This document shows positions 37,762-52,952 of a DNA stretch of 64,000 nt, one piece after another (position 1 is the stretch's first letter; each line of letters starts with the position of its first letter). Source of the stretch: Raja brachyura (lineage: Eukaryota); contig OY740781.1 of assembly GCA_963514005.1 (NCBI GenBank), forward strand, positions 35,526,001-35,590,000, in the 5' to 3' direction. The translations under genes were made by a program, and so were the position numbers. The notes below the pieces were generated by a model that searched no databases, had not been told where the DNA came from, and saw only the letters and a program-made list of their open reading frames with translations.

Positions 37762-40246
37762 ACAGCTATTAAACGCCTACACTACCCAATGAGAACTATT
37801 GAAGACGTTGCAACTCAAATCGGTCGTGCAACAGTGTTCTCAGTACTAGATGCCAAAAGGTCATTTTGGCAGATACGTCTCGATGACGCATCCTCAGACC
37901 TCACCACATTTGCCACACCATTTGGCAGATTCAAGTTCCTCAGAATGCCATTTGGAATTAACTTGGCCAGCGGGGTCTTTCAGAGAACTATGGAACAGCT
38001 GTTCGCAGGCTACCCATGTGCTATCATCGTTGATGACATTCTGGTGTACGGCCATGACTTAGCGGAGCACGATTCTAATTTAAAAATGATTCTGGACAAG
38101 GCACGTAAGATCAACCTAAAGTTCAACCCCATGAAGTGCAAGTTTCATGTCTCAGAGGTTACTACGTCGGACATGTGTTCACAACCGAAGGGTTAAAGCC
38201 AGACCCCAAGAAGACTGCAGCCATCAATGAACTACCCGATCCCACAGACGTCCACGGCCTCCAGCGTTTCCTGGGTATGGTTAACTATCTGGGCAAGTTC
38301 ATGCCCAACCTCAGCGAACCTATCTCGCCACTGAGACAGCTCACTCACAAAGACACTGCCTGGACCTGGTATCAGCAACACCAACAAGTGTTCGACTCTT
38401 TAAAACTTCAGCTAGCCAGCACCCCCACCTTGACGTATTTCAACCTCAAGCTGCCAGTCACTATCACCTGTGATGCCTCGCAGTACGGTTTAGGTGCAGC
38501 CTGCTTGCAAACATCAGCCGATGGCACTGTGCTACCTGTATCGTACGCCTCTCGCACCATGACAGAAACCGAGCAGCGCTATGCTCAAATTGAAAAGGAG
38601 CTGCTAGCCGTTGTTTTAGCATGTTCGAAGTCTAGAGACTTTATCTTTAGGAAAACTATTACAATTGAAACTGACCACCAACCGATGGTAATCATCCTGA
38701 ACAAGCGTATATTCACACAGCGCCTGCACGTTTGCAACGCATGATGACGCAGCTCCAGCGTTTTGATTTCCAAATTGTTTACAAAAAGGGCAAAGATGTG
38801 CTCATCACCGACACTTTCTCTTGAGTGCCACAGGCGTCCTGTGAACACCATCCATTTGCGTGCAACGAGCTTGCTGTGCTTAAAGTCGACTTCGTTCCCA
38901 CGGAACGATTGCTTCGCCTTGCGGAACACACAGCTGCTGACAGAACGCTACAGCTGCTCTCCTCCATTATCAAGAGTGGCTGGCCCACAAAACAGTCCAA
39001 CACACCACTAGACATACAGCCATTCTTCTTAGTTCACGATGAACTGGTGATACAAGATGGGATCATTGTTAAGCGTCACAAAGTTGTGATTCCTTCATCC
39101 CTGCGAGATGAATACTACAAAGAGGTCCACAGCAGCCACCCAGGTACCGAGGCTACGTTTGCCCGTGCCCAAAGCATGTTTTATTGGCCAGGAATGACCA
39201 AATAGATACGTGAAAAAACGGCATCCTCCTCCATTTGCAACAACTTGGCAACCCACCAACAGAAACAGCATCTCCTGCAACAACCCGCTCCAGAACTACC
39301 TTGGTCAACCGTCGCTGCGGATATTTTTGAATGGCATGGTAAACACTATCTAGTTCTGGTCGATTCCTATTCCAATTGGCTCGAACTTGATCTGCTGCCT
39401 ACCATTAGGTCTGAGATGGTTATACAAAAGCTTCAGAGACATTTATCTGTACACGGCGTACCAGTTCGACTGCAAACTGACAACAGGAGACAGGTCACCA
39501 GCCAGGCATTTAAAAACTTTGCCAAACGTTGGAACTTTCAGCATGTTACCAGCAGCCTCGAATACCCTCAATTCAACGGCCTCACTGAGCATGCTATCAG
39601 GAGCGCAAAACAGTTAATGGAACGTTCGCATCTTCCCAATTCCGACGTCTACCTGGATCTGTTAAACCTGAGAAACATTTCCAGGGTTGGTGATCTAGGC
39701 TCTCCCGCCCAGCGGCTGATGTCTCGCACGACACGGCCTTATGCACCGCTGTTGATTTTCAAGGCACCTGCTGCCGTTGTCCGCCCCAGACCCCCTGACC
39801 CCAGCACATATTCCCCGCGTCATTCGGTTCCCTCGTCCCCCAGTGCCCCTAGTCCTGCATGCTCACCCTGCCGCTCCTCTCCGGGCTCCCCGGCTGTGTT
39901 CTCCTTCTTCGGTTCTCCACCACCCAGCCCTACTAACTCTTCCGGAATGGAGGGGGAAGGGTTTGTCCGTACACGTTCGGGTCGGGTCAGCAGACCGCCC
40001 AACAAGTACGGTCAGTATGTTTAACCGCATGTGTTTTAAAAACTGTTTAACAACTCTTTTCTCTATGGGGAAGGATGTAGATTGGTTAGTGCATGTGCAC
40101 CAATCAGAGTAATGTACTAACACTAGCTCCACCTTACTGTACACTTTATATTAACAGATGAACTAACAACGTATTGTACTGCACCACCATGACTGATGAT
40201 TAAAGCTGACTTTGAACACCAGATTGTGTCAGTACAGTTGTTTACA

Positions 40247-40565
40247 ATACAATACAATAATACAGTTTTATTCGTCACATTACACATAAAGTGTAAGTGA
40301 AATGAATTTGCCAGCAGCGGTACAATGATAAAGAAAACACAATACACAATAAAAATTTAACACAAACATCCACCACAGCATTCATTACTGTGGTGGAAGG
40401 CACAAAATTTGGCCAGCCCTCCTCCATTTTCCACCATGGTCAGGACCTCCACTCTCCGCAGCCGTCGCTGCGGGCGTCCAGATGTGCAGACAGGTAAAAA
40501 GTCCAGGTAAGTCCTGAATCGGTGCCTCCCCCACCGGAGACCGCAACTTCAGGCTGGTGTAAACA
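40247..40565 (-). mobile_element. Short non-LTR element inserted at the end of the Gypsy 3' LTR
   Basis: (ATACA)n tail and ttttatt.gtca motif like other LINE-dependent tails; separates the LTR end from its TSD. Confidence 0.6.
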
Positions 40566-40583
40566 GTTAGTTTAACTAAATAA

Positions 40584-40769
<186 letters not shown>

Positions 40770-40775
40770 TAATTT

Positions 40776-42296
40776 TTTTTTTTTGGTTAATATTTTTTAT
40801 TAGAAATAAATACATATTGATACATATTAAGACAATTTTAAATGTGAAAGAAAAACAAAAACAAAAGAATTTACTATTCATCACATACATTCTTAATATT
40901 TATAAAATTTACAGTCATTCTTGTTTATACTTCTACATATTTTTTTATTATTTTTAATAAAGGGGGAAATTAACAGAAAGAAATAATAAGAGAAATTAAA
41001 ATAATAATAAAAATAGAAAATCATTAATGTGAGTGGAGTTTTAAACATTCTGTACTACGTTGGAGATATATCAGTGATCTATTATATATAATTCTTCATC
41101 CATTCCCCGTCCAGGTTTCAGTCAGGCCCTCGAACCGAGCCAGTTTGTCCCTTTAGATAATCAATAAATGGAGACCATGTTCCTCTAAACTGATCTAGCC
41201 TGTCCGAGAGGACAAGTCTTAATCTTTCCAAGTGAAGTGTCTCCGACATTTCTGTAATCCACATTTTAATAGAGGGGTTGGTAGGACCTTTCCAAAATCT
41301 TAATATCAATTTTTTACCAATTATTAAACTATAATCGATAAAAATTTGTTGTTTTGTTGTTAGTGATTGATCAGTTTCTAATATACCTAATATAATTAAT
41401 TTAGAATCTGGATACAGATTTGTATTAACTACTTTCGAAATTATCTTAAAAATTTCTGACCAAAAATTAGTAATTTTAATACATTTGGTAAATGAGTGCG
41501 TTAGGTTGGCTTCTAGGTGTTGACATTTGTCACATATAGCAGAAACATTTGGGAAAATTCTATTTAGTTTGGACTTTGAGAGATGTAATCTAGATAAATT
41601 TTAAATTGTATCAGAGAGTGTCTGGCATTTAATGAACAGTAGTGTATATGTTGTAAACTTTCCTCCCATACTTCTAAACTGATTGATTGTCCTAATTCAC
41701 TTTCCCATGCTTGCCTATATATTTCCGACGGTGGTGCATCATTTTCCAATAAAATATTATAAATATATGATATTAATTTTTCTGTGTTCGGATGTTTATT
41801 TAAACATTCATCTAGAATTTCTGTCTTTCTATTTCTAAGTTCTTGTGTATTTGATTTGACGTAATCTCTAATTTGTAAATATCTAAAATATTCTTTTGAG
41901 TGTAGTTCATATTTTTGTTGTAATTCTTGAAATGAAAGAAAAAGGTTTTCCCTATAGAGATCCCGTATCTTATTAATTCCATAATTTTTCCATTGTGAAA
42001 AACCTTTATCCATCCTAGAGGGCTTAAAAGTGATATTGTTTGCTATATGAAGATCCAGTGGTATACATTCCAATTTTAAAGATTTTTTTAATTGTTTCCA
42101 AATACGTATCCCATTTTCTATTATTGGGTTTCCTCTGTAAGTTTTTTAATGTAATTTGGTATTAGCAAATATAATCGAGCTAATTTTAAAAGGTAGGCAG
42201 TCTTCCTTTTCCAATTTTAACCAATTCGGTTGTATATCTAATTCTTCCAACCAAAAATTCATATTTTTAATATTAACTGCCCAATAGTAGAACATA
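40776..42296 (-). mobile_element. 5'-truncated L1-clade LINE with poly(A) and 15-bp TSD
   Basis: ORF2 C-terminus (FQELQQKYEL...FRYLQIRDYV...LIQFKI; CDKC...H...C knuckle); poly-T at 40773-40784; TSD GTGTCCTATTAATTT at 40761-40775 and 42297-42311. Confidence 0.9.
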
Positions 42297-43898
42297 GTGT
42301 CCTATTAATTTGTGTCATGAAATGTAACATGACACAAGTGACAACATGATGCAAACATTTTTCAAATTTTGGAGCAGGGAGTATACATTGCTTGGAGATG
42401 TTGAGATATTAATTTGTACATAATTTTAGCATATTTGCATTGATCATCTGGATACTTGCTAATAAATAATCATATGAAGAGATGTAACTATTGTAAATGC
42501 TTTATCTTTGAAATGTTTAAAATTTGATGTTCAATGGGGTTTTACACCTGTGCAAGAAGGTGGGTTCATATGCGATGATACCAGTGAATAAGGTGGGGAA
42601 AAAACAAGCAAGGTGAGTGCAATGTTGGAATGGCGGGACAGTTGAGCTTGATTTAGTAAACGGAGATTCAACATAAAATCAGAAGTGTATAGATCTGGAA
42701 GTTATAAGGAGGCGGTCGGGTCAGGAGAGGTAGTAATTAAATGAAAACTGAAGTTGTGCAATCTGGTTTAATCAGTAGCAATCAATGGCTTTAATTTATT
42801 GTGTGATAATGGAGTGAATGAGTGATATTCAAGGCAGTTTATTTTGTCCTGATTTTGTATATAACCGATAGAATTTGAATTTCAACCAAGACTTGACACA
42901 AGACAGACAAAACTATCTGAAAGAATAGCAGAGGGGGATATCGGAGGTGGTGGAGTGATCGAATTATGGCATCAGTGTACGTGTGAAAATGACTCACAAT
43001 AGTGTGAACGTTATTACCAAAGGGCAGCTTATGGATGAGGAGAGGGTGAAGAGTATTGAGAAACAATTGTTTCCAGTCAGCAACTTCATAAAAGGATGGC
43101 ATAATTAAATTACAGAAACTGCTATTACAATTATTTGCATTTGTATGTTGGAGGATATTCCAAGCCATTTGAAATGGACGTATATTGCCTTCATAGCACA
43201 AGTGAAAAATGGTACATCTGAAGAGCAGCTTGAGAAAAGAGGTGAATGGTGACAAGGCCCTTAAAGAGGGCTGAGGCTTTGTTTGGGGGGGGGGGGGGGG
43301 GGAGTTGTAGATATTACAGTCCAAAAAATCATGGTTGAGGCACAAAATCAAAAACTGAAGGAACTCTTGTTGGGGCATTGCAGGGCAGCACAGAGAAGAA
43401 AGTGCTAAATCTTGAAGTATTTTGACAAGAAGATCTAATTTATTTTTGAAATGCAGTACAGAACTGAAATTTCATAAAGCAGACATTGCAGAAAAGAAAT
43501 GTTGGTAAGGGATGTTAAGGTAACAGATCAATTGACTAGTTTGGGTTGAATAGCTTCCTTTTCCACTCTGGAGGTAATGATATTGGCATAGAGATAAACA
43601 ATCTAAGATTACGCCACTGTCATCAGATAGCTAAGGTTGGAATGAGGAGAGGGCAATGTTGGACATTGGAGAAGATGTATAGGGAAAAAGCTGGCACAGT
43701 CAGTTGTGCCAAAGGTTGACAAGCACTATGTTTGAAAAAGTTTGTTGGGTATGGCAGAGGGTGTAAATCTGATTGAATAATGCTTAGACATACATGACTG
43801 TTGGAATAAGATTGTTATGAAAATATTGGTAAAGTTATTAAACATTGGTGCTGAAATTATAAGTTTTAAACTTTACCATTGTGATTTTTTAATAATAG

Positions 43899-44162
<264 letters not shown>

Positions 44163-45685
44163 TGATATTTTTTTCTGTTACTATTGGATTTTAATTATCT
44201 CAAGAATGGCTGTCTTGAGTTACACATCGCCCAAGTTGCTTGCTTGTTTGCTAAATGTATGAGGCGTTATAAATTTATGATATATCTTGCACTCCAAATG
44301 TCACTTATTTGCATGACCCATTTCAGTATTTTGCAGTTAATTTGGAAAAAAAATTAACAGCCATCAAAGCAGGATAGGCCCTCGATAAAATTGTTTATTT
44401 ATGCAATTTTCTGTTTCTTTTAAACAATTGGGAAGGCATATTTTAGGTAAAATTTCACAAAATTGAGTATTATCCCAAAATCGAGTAATGGAGCATTATC
44501 CCAAAAGAGTTTTTCCTGTCTGTTGATGAAATTAGAAAACAAATCTTTGTCCATGCATGGAGAATTCTTTGACGTAGAAATGACAGAGAAAGTCTGTCAA
44601 CATATATGCCTGAAATATACAAGTCTTTTGTTGGTGGTTTGGAAGAGCTGTGCGGGAAAAGTGCTGCTCACAGTTGAGTTTTTTTCATAACTTGTGCCCC
44701 TGAGCATTGGAGAAGAGATTACATACAGCATATGTCATTCTGCCCCTGATCCCTGGGGGAGTTCTTGATCTGTCGTAGCTGAGGCTGGATAAATTTCTTA
44801 TCTGGCAACATAGCTTTATCGAGCATGTCCCATTAATTTGATAGGGGGTTGCTGAACTTCATTGCAAAGGTAAGTTAAGGTTAAGACTTCAATGTGGAAA
44901 CACCTTGCAAAGATTTTTGACAGCATGAGCAATCAAGAAGTAATCAGGGTGGTGTCTCAGGATCTTCCACCAGAGATAGTCATAGGTCATGGACAGATGT
45001 GACAGGAAACTTTGAATATTTGGAGACACAAGGACACTGCAGGTGCTGAAATCTTGCATAGAACACAAAGTGCTGCAGTAACCTAGTGGGTCAGGCAGCA
45101 TCTCTGGAGGAGATGGACAGGCAACAATTTTGGGTCACAAACTTTCTGGTAGCTATCTGGCCACAGATGTTACGTGCAGGTAGCATGGTGGTGTGCACTT
45201 GAAGTGGTGCATCTTTCTCAAGGATGCCTTGGGCTAAATTATCTAAAATAGTGGTGCTAAAGTTATGGTGAATTGGATTTGGATTTTGTTGACTGGGAAA
45301 AGGTTTTCATGTAGAAGAGTAAGATTTAATTGTATAACATGGTAGTGAGGATGCGAGGAAACATTACAATTTTGCTCTGTAATCTATATTTTTTGCATTC
45401 ATATTTAATGTAAAATCTGTTTAAAAGCCATGGCATTCTTCAATGGATTGCTTTTTGAATGTATCAGAATAGATAAACACACTTGATGGCATTTGTAAGA
45501 TTGGTATTCATAGAACCTAAAACAGTACAGCACAGGTACATGCCCTTACCTGTCTGGTGCTAACTCTTATCTGTCTGTACATAATTCGTCCCTTCACTCT
45601 AAAAGTCGCAAATGCTCTATTAACTTAGTTGCACCATGATGCTAATGGTCTCTATTAATTTAATGATCATATAGCACTTAAATAA

Positions 45686-45793
<108 letters not shown>

Positions 45794-46057
45794 TGATTTT
45801 GAAGATATGGATTGAGTAGTTTTGTAAGTTAACAGGGTTTCCATGTTCTTTTTGAATCTAGTGGAGTGGTTCACATTTATCACAAGGGATTATAAAATCA
45901 GTGCAGTGTTGGTGTTCCAACGCGTCTCATCAGAATATATTCTTGGCTGATAATTTTCTTGTTTCTGACCTTAAACTTATTTATATTTAACTATCATCAC
46001 ATTTTTGAATTTCAAGGTTGCTTGTAATTTTAATCTGCCAATGCTTATCCTGTAATA

Positions 46058-47671
46058 CGGTGCCCTCCACAATATTTGGGACAAAGACCCATAATTTATT
46101 TATTTGCCTCTGTGCTCCACAGTTTGAGATTTGTAATAGAAAAAATCACATGTGGTTAAAGTGCACATTTTAATAAAGGCCATTTTTATACATTTTGGTT
46201 TCACCATGTAGAAATTACAGCAGTGTTTATACATAGTTCCCCCATTTGTGCACACCATAAAGACCACAGCATTGTCATGTAAATGAAAGTAGTCATGTTT
46301 AGTATTTTGTTGCATATCCTTTGCATGCAATGACTGCTTCAAGTCTGCGATTGTTGAATATCACCAGTTGCTGGGTGTCTTCTCTGGTGATGCTCTGCCA
46401 GGCCTGTATTGCAGCCATCTTTAGCTTATGTTTGATTTGGGGGCTAGTCCCCTTCAGTTTTCTCTTCAGCATATAAAAGGCATTTTCAATTGGATTCAGA
46501 TTGGGTGATTGACTTGGCACTCAATAATTGACCATTTTTTAGCTATGAAAAACTCCTTTGTTGCTTTAGCAGTATGCTTGGGATCATTGTCTTGCTGTAG
46601 AATGAACCGCCGGCCAATGAGTTTTGAGGCATTTGTTTGAGCTTGAGCAGATATGACGTGTCTATACACTTCAGAATTAATTATGCTACTTCCATCAGCA
46701 GTTGTATCATCAGTGAAGATAAGTGAGCCAGTGCCTTCAGCAGTCATGACACCCCCACCACCGTGTTTCACAGATGAGGTGGTATGCTTTGGATCTGGGG
46801 CAGCTCTTTCTCTCCTCCATACTTTGCTCTTGCCATCACTCTGATATAAGTTAATCTTCGTCTCATCTGTCTACAAGACCTTTTTCCAGAAGTGTGGTTG
46901 TTCTTTTAAGTACTTCTTGGCAAACTGTAATCTGGCCATCCTACTTTTGCGGCTATCCAATGGTTTGCATCTTGCAGTGTAGCCTCTGTATTTCTGTTCA
47001 TGAAGTCTTCTGCGGACAGTGGTCAATGACAAATCCACACCTGACTCCTGAAGAGTGTTTCTGATCTGTTGGACAGGCGCTTTAGGATTTTTCTTTATTA
47101 TAGGGAGAATTCTTCTCTCATCAGGGGAGGTCTTCCTTGGCCTGCTTATCCCTTTGCGATTAGTAAGCTCATCAGCACTCTTGCTTCTTAATGATGTTCC
47201 AAACAGTTGATTTTGGTAAGCCTAAAGCTTGGCTGATGTCCCTAACAGTTTTATTCTTGTTTCTCAGTCTCATAATGGCTTCTTTGCCTTTCATTGGCAC
47301 AACTTTGGTCCTCATGTTGATAATCAGCAATCAAAGTTTCCAAAGGTGATGGAAAGACTGGAGGAAAGACTAGGTGCTGAGAGCTCTCTTAGAACTGCAT
47401 TAAGGAGGCAATTAAACACACCTGAGCATTTCAAACACCTGTGAATTCAAGGTAGACAAAATACAACATAACAGTGTCTAAAACATTATGGTGCCCTGAA
47501 ATGGGGGGATTATGTATAAACACAGCTGTAATTCCTACATGGTGAAACCAAAATGTATAAAAATACCCTTTAATAAAATCTGACAATGTGCACTTTAACC
47601 ACATGTGATTTTTTCTATTACAAATCTCAAATTGTGGAGTACAGAGGCAAATAAACAAATAATGGGTCTTT
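46058..47671 (-). mobile_element. Tc1-family transposon (DD34E), near full length, right TIR clipped by Penelope insertion
   Basis: TA at 46056-57 plus TIR; transposase motifs VKHGGG, QQDNDPKH, SPNLNPIE with 34 residues between D and E after repairing a frameshift. Confidence 0.92.
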
Positions 47672-47802
47672 TCGGGCCAACGTTTTAGGCCAAAACCCTT
47701 CTTCAGACTGATGTCTGAAGGCCCGAAACTTTGCCTATTTCCTTCGCTCCATAGATGCTGCCGCACCCGCTGAGTTTCTCCAGCACTTTTGTCTACCTTG
47801 AA
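47672..47802. mobile_element. Penelope tail with short inverted duplication
   Basis: cttcagac-tgat-gtctgaag inverted junction, then plus-strand tail. Confidence 0.65.
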
Positions 47803-48426
47803 TGACAGAATCATGGGTGTGAAGGCCAGAATGCTTATTTGTTTGCAAACACATGTCATTAGCCAGTGGTGCACTTTGCCATAAGTGGCAGTTGAAACTA
47901 ACATTACCTGTCAGTGGCATACATTTCGTTTTTTGTTTAGTTTATAGATACAGCGTGGAAACAGGCCATTCGGCCCACCGGGTCTGCACTGACCAGCGAT
48001 CCCCGCACTTAATTTGACTTCTTTGGGTTCTGAAGCTTTATAAATCTGTGCTGTGAAGGAGCTAGATAATCAGGAAGTTAGAAGCCTGCATTCAAGCTGC
48101 TTCCTGTTATGCCCAAGTAAAATACATTTACAATGGTGGGAGAGGATGTATTTCCTTTGGAGTTGGTAGTCTTTGTAAACAGTAACTTCTGTGGGTAGCT
48201 GACATTAATGTGATCAACAGTTGTGATTGATAGAACCGCAAGATGGCAAGTGTATTGTGTTACTGCCAAGAATACTTTGAATGCCTGTATTGATTTGTAT
48301 TAAACGTCATTGCTGCCTCTCTGTGTAACCATGTGACTATGTTTCCAAAACACTATAAAAATATGTTGTATGACTTTATTCGTTATAGTGGTAGCCCAGG
48401 GAAGTCAATAATCTGTTATATATTTA

Positions 48427-48897
48427 GAAACATAGGAAATAGGTGCAGGAGTAGGCCATTCGGCCCTTCGAGCCTGCACCGCCATTCAGTATGATCATGG
48501 CTGATCATGCAACTCAGTATCCCTTAACTGTCTTCTCTCCATACCCCCTGATCCCTTTAGCCACAAGGACCACATCTAACTCCCTCTTAAATGTAGCCAA
48601 CGAACTGGCCTCAACTACCTTCTATGGCAGAGAATTCCAGAGAATCACCACTCTCTGTGTGAAAAATGTTTTTCTCATCTCGGTCCTAAAAGATTTCCCC
48701 CTTATCCTTAAGCTGTGACCCCCTTGTCCTGGACTTCCCCAACATCGGGAGCATGCATCTAGCCTGTCCAACCCCTTACGGATTTTGTAAGTTTCTATAA
48801 GATCGCCCCTCAGTCTTCTAAATTCTAGCGAGTACAAGCCGGGTCTATCCAGTCTTTCTTCATATGAAAGTCCTGACATCCCAGGAATCAGTCTGGT
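48427..48897 (-). mobile_element. CR1/HER1-like 3' fragment
   Basis: ORF 48622..48879 (GLSYEERLDR.GLYSLEFRRLRGDLIETYKI). Confidence 0.88.
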
Positions 48898-49112
48898 ACA
48901 ATGCTTAACTTTACAAAATACTGGTACAATACTTGACTTTGTATCCCTGGCACTCTCGCTGGCTAATGATCAGTAAAGCTTGTGTTGGTTTACCTAACCT
49001 ATTGTGAGTTGTCTGTTTTAAGAAATGAACCTTAACAGTAAGACCGTAGCTCTACCGCTACGTTACCGTGCCGCTCAAATCCTCAGTTTATTCCAAATAT
49101 GTGAGCCAAGAT

Positions 49113-49653
49113 CATAGAAACATAGAAACATAGAAAATAGGTGCAGGAGTAGGCCATTCGGCCCTTCGAGCCTGCACCGCCATTCAATGTGATCATGGCT
49201 GATCATCCAACTCAGTATCCCGTACCTGCCTTCTCTCCATACCCCCTGATCCCTTTAGCCACAAGTGCCACATCTAACGCCCTCTTAAATATAGCCAATG
49301 AACTGGCCTCAACTACCTTCTGTGGCAGAGAATTCCAGAGACTCACCACTCTCTGTGTAAAGAATGTTTTCCTCATTTCGGTCCTAAAGGAATTCCCCCT
49401 TATCCTTAGACTGTGACCCCTTGTTCTGGACTCCCCCAACATCGGGAACAATCTTCCAGCATCTAGCTTGTCCAACCCCTTAAGAATTTTGTAGGTTTCT
49501 ATAAGATCCCCCCTCAATCTTCTAAATTCCATCGAGTACAAACCGAGTCTATCCAATCTTTCCTCATATGAAAGTCCTGACATCCCAGGAATCAGTCTGG
49601 TGAATCTTCTCTGTACCCCCTCTATGGCAAGGATGTCTTTCCTCAGATTTGGA
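49113..49653 (-). mobile_element. Young CR1/HER1-like 3' fragment
   Basis: Uninterrupted ORF 49212..49583 of CR1 ORF2 C-terminus plus (catagaaa)n tail. Confidence 0.92.
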
Positions 49654-50459
49654 TCTCACCCAATGCACTCATAAATTGAAAGTTCAAATTGTGTTTGTGG
49701 TCAGGGAAATATCAGTTTGAACTCTGGACCCTTTTCTGCATAATATCATTTTGACCCCATTTGAGCAGCGAGCTGCAAATTGATGCACTATCCAATCTAA
49801 AAGTTGATGCTTCTGAGAATGCACCAATCTCTCCGACAACATTAAAATCTCACCATTGTTTATTTCCTGAAGTCTTAAGCAGGTTTTGAACCCATAGCAA
49901 TCCTACGCAGGCAATAGTGCTATAAACTGATCCCAAGTTGACACAATCAGAGAGCATGTTGGTAGAATTTGTAACGCATCAGTGATTAGGATTGGTATAA
50001 AGGCTTCTATTGAAGATGAGAATTTAGATTTGGTGCATATAATAGATTCATGAAAACAAATTGAAGACACACAACATATGCAGTAGAACGTTGAGTCAGT
50101 AGGATGTTGTAAAGCTAGGAGAATGGGAGCTTGACAAGAATATTGGAAACATTAACTCTTGATGAACAAGGTTACAATGTAAATAAAGACCATCCACAAA
50201 AAGTGGTAAAATTCAATGTACCGGAGAGGTATTGAGAAAATTATTTCTTGTACTTATCAGATCAATTAAATAAATGGAATCATAATGAATGTATAAGCTT
50301 TATGGTTTCCAGAAAGCAATAGGACAAACACACGGTCAGGAGATAAGTTGATAATACTTTTTGTAAAATGTAGATGCAGGCAATTGTATTCATGTACCTA
50401 CATTGATTTACCTGTATATATCTATTTCATTGATATTGGGACATGCACTTACATTATAG

Positions 50460-50618
<159 letters not shown>

Positions 50619-51195
50619 TAAAAATAAGACATTTTGAAATTAAAAGTTTAAATACAAATCTCACGAAGTCAACATGCAAGTTTACCTTTAAATTGTGCAC
50701 GATGCAAGAGATGCTATCCCTTTGAATGCTGTTCAGCGATTTTTTTTATTTTTGATGTCTTTCTCTTGTGCTTCCATGTTTTGTGTGGCTTCAAACCGTA
50801 TTATCCAAGCAAATAATGACTACTGATCTCTGAAGTACTTTTTACCCCCTCATGTACAACAACTTAAAATGCTATTCTATGAAACTTAGCTGTAAAACTT
50901 ATTTTCTTAAATTTCTACTTTTCCATGATGTCTGACCTTCTCAAGGGCTTTACTCTCCCTTTTTGTGATTGACCAGCTTTGCTTTTAAAGACCCTTATAT
51001 GTTTAGCTGCAGTCTGTTGCAACAATAATTTGCAATTCCATTGTCTAGTCTTGCCCATTCAGCTTGCTTGTCCACATCTCCTTGAAACCTCTACATTAAT
51101 AAGTTTCTGACCAAAATTAGATCTCATATATCTAATATTTTAAATCTTCATCCATCCACTGGAATTAGTTCTTAATTTTACTAGTTCATAATTAG

Positions 51196-51420
<225 letters not shown>

Positions 51421-51596
51421 TAGCTCTTGACAGCAGATGATCTTTGGTCCTGTTTCACTTATTAGATAGTGGGATGGAAATGAATTCCCTGTTGCTCCAC
51501 TGAGCATACAATATCTTAGCAAGTCTGCCTTCTGAGTTTTCTTCTGACTATTTTTGTGTGCAGCTGCTAATCTGTTGTTTATTCAATAGGAACACA

Positions 51597-51900
51597 GGGT
51601 GGCCAGGTGGCGTAGCGGCTGAGTTGCAGCCTTACAGCGCTTGAAGCGCTGGAGACCAGGGTTCGATTCCGACAATAGGTTCTGTCTGTATGGAGTTTGT
51701 ACGTTCTCCCCGTGACCATGTGGGATTTCTCCAATATCTTCGGTTTCCTCCCACACTCCAAAGACTTACGGGGTTGTTGGCTTGGTATAAGTGTAAATTG
51801 TCCCTAGTGTGCGTAGGGTGGTGTTAATGTGCAGGTATTGTTGGTCGGTGTGGAGGAGCCGAAGGGCCTGTTTCTGCACTGTATCTCTAAACTAAACTAA
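51597..51900 (+). mobile_element. Full-length tRNA-derived V-SINE (HE1-like)
   Basis: A box tggcgtagcgg, B box ggttcgattcc, V-domain core, tail ctctaaactaaactaaa. Confidence 0.85.
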
Positions 51901-52775
51901 ACAAATGGCCAAAGGTGCATTTGTACCTGTTGCATTTTAACATGTATCTTCCTGATGCTTGTGGCTATAATTGACAATTGATCAGTGTTCATAACAATGT
52001 GTGGAAAAGATAAATATTCCAATTTGTGACATAATGTAAAATACATTTGTTTGAGTTAGAAGGAATGATATGAGTTAACATAATTCAAGTTGGCCCCTGT
52101 GCGTTACCTGTTATATTGAATGGCGTCAAAGATAAACTCAGGACCATTTTCATGTACGAGCGAAATTAGCATTTAAAATTTGGAATGTTCTTTTCTTGGC
52201 TATGTGGGCCATTACAATGAGATATATTATCAATGTATTTATATTCAGATCTAATAGTCGAGTTTATTGTCATGTACAAGTATGGTAAGCGACAGGTGCA
52301 ATGAAAGCCTTGCTTATGGCAGCATCACAGACTCATAGACTCTGACAGCACCCAAAAGCACAAATTGGACATAAATTACATATGAAAAGAAAAAAGGCTG
52401 CAAAGAAAAAATCGAGTTTATGGTAGTGCAAGAGGTGAGGTATAGTGTTCTGTTCCCAAGGTAGGATCGGGGATGTGTGGATCAGTTCAAGAACCTGAGT
52501 TATTGGAAAGTAGCTGCACCTGAAGCTGGTAGAATGTGCAACATCAAGCCTGATTTAACTATTAATGTAGTGACCGTTGAAAATAATATTTTCATGAGGG
52601 TTCTCACTTTAAAACAGTTTTGTACCAATCGCTGCTGTTTCTTGTTGCTGTCGCTTGAACATGATTAAACTGTTATCTTTTTAATCTTTTAAATTACAAT
52701 AAATTATGGTATGTTTTTACTCATGTCAAGTTCATTGGATTTGGAAATTGTACAGTACATTGTGGCCTTGTATAA

Positions 52776-52952
<177 letters not shown>

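Larger units (their letters stand above)
36763..40246 (+). mobile_element. Gypsy/Ty3 provirus with two LTRs, lacking gag/protease, frameshifted pol
   Basis: 5' LTR 36763-37711 (interrupted), 3' LTR 40076-40246 (TG...CA), PPT ggggaagga, tRNA-Leu PBS at 37712; RT (LDAKRSFWQI, MPFG, IIVDDILVYG), RNaseH (CDASQYGLGA), IN (HSSHPG, TDN..Q.TS); TSD GTTAG at 36758-62 and 40566-70. Confidence 0.93.

Noticed and set aside
37711-40024. Domesticated or active Gypsy pol gene
   Set aside because: Multiple frameshifts and stops, gag/protease absent, integrase motifs degraded.
42540-43780. 179-aa ORF 42839..43378 and surrounding purine-rich region
   Set aside because: No recognisable motif; probably very old LINE debris, too decayed to call.
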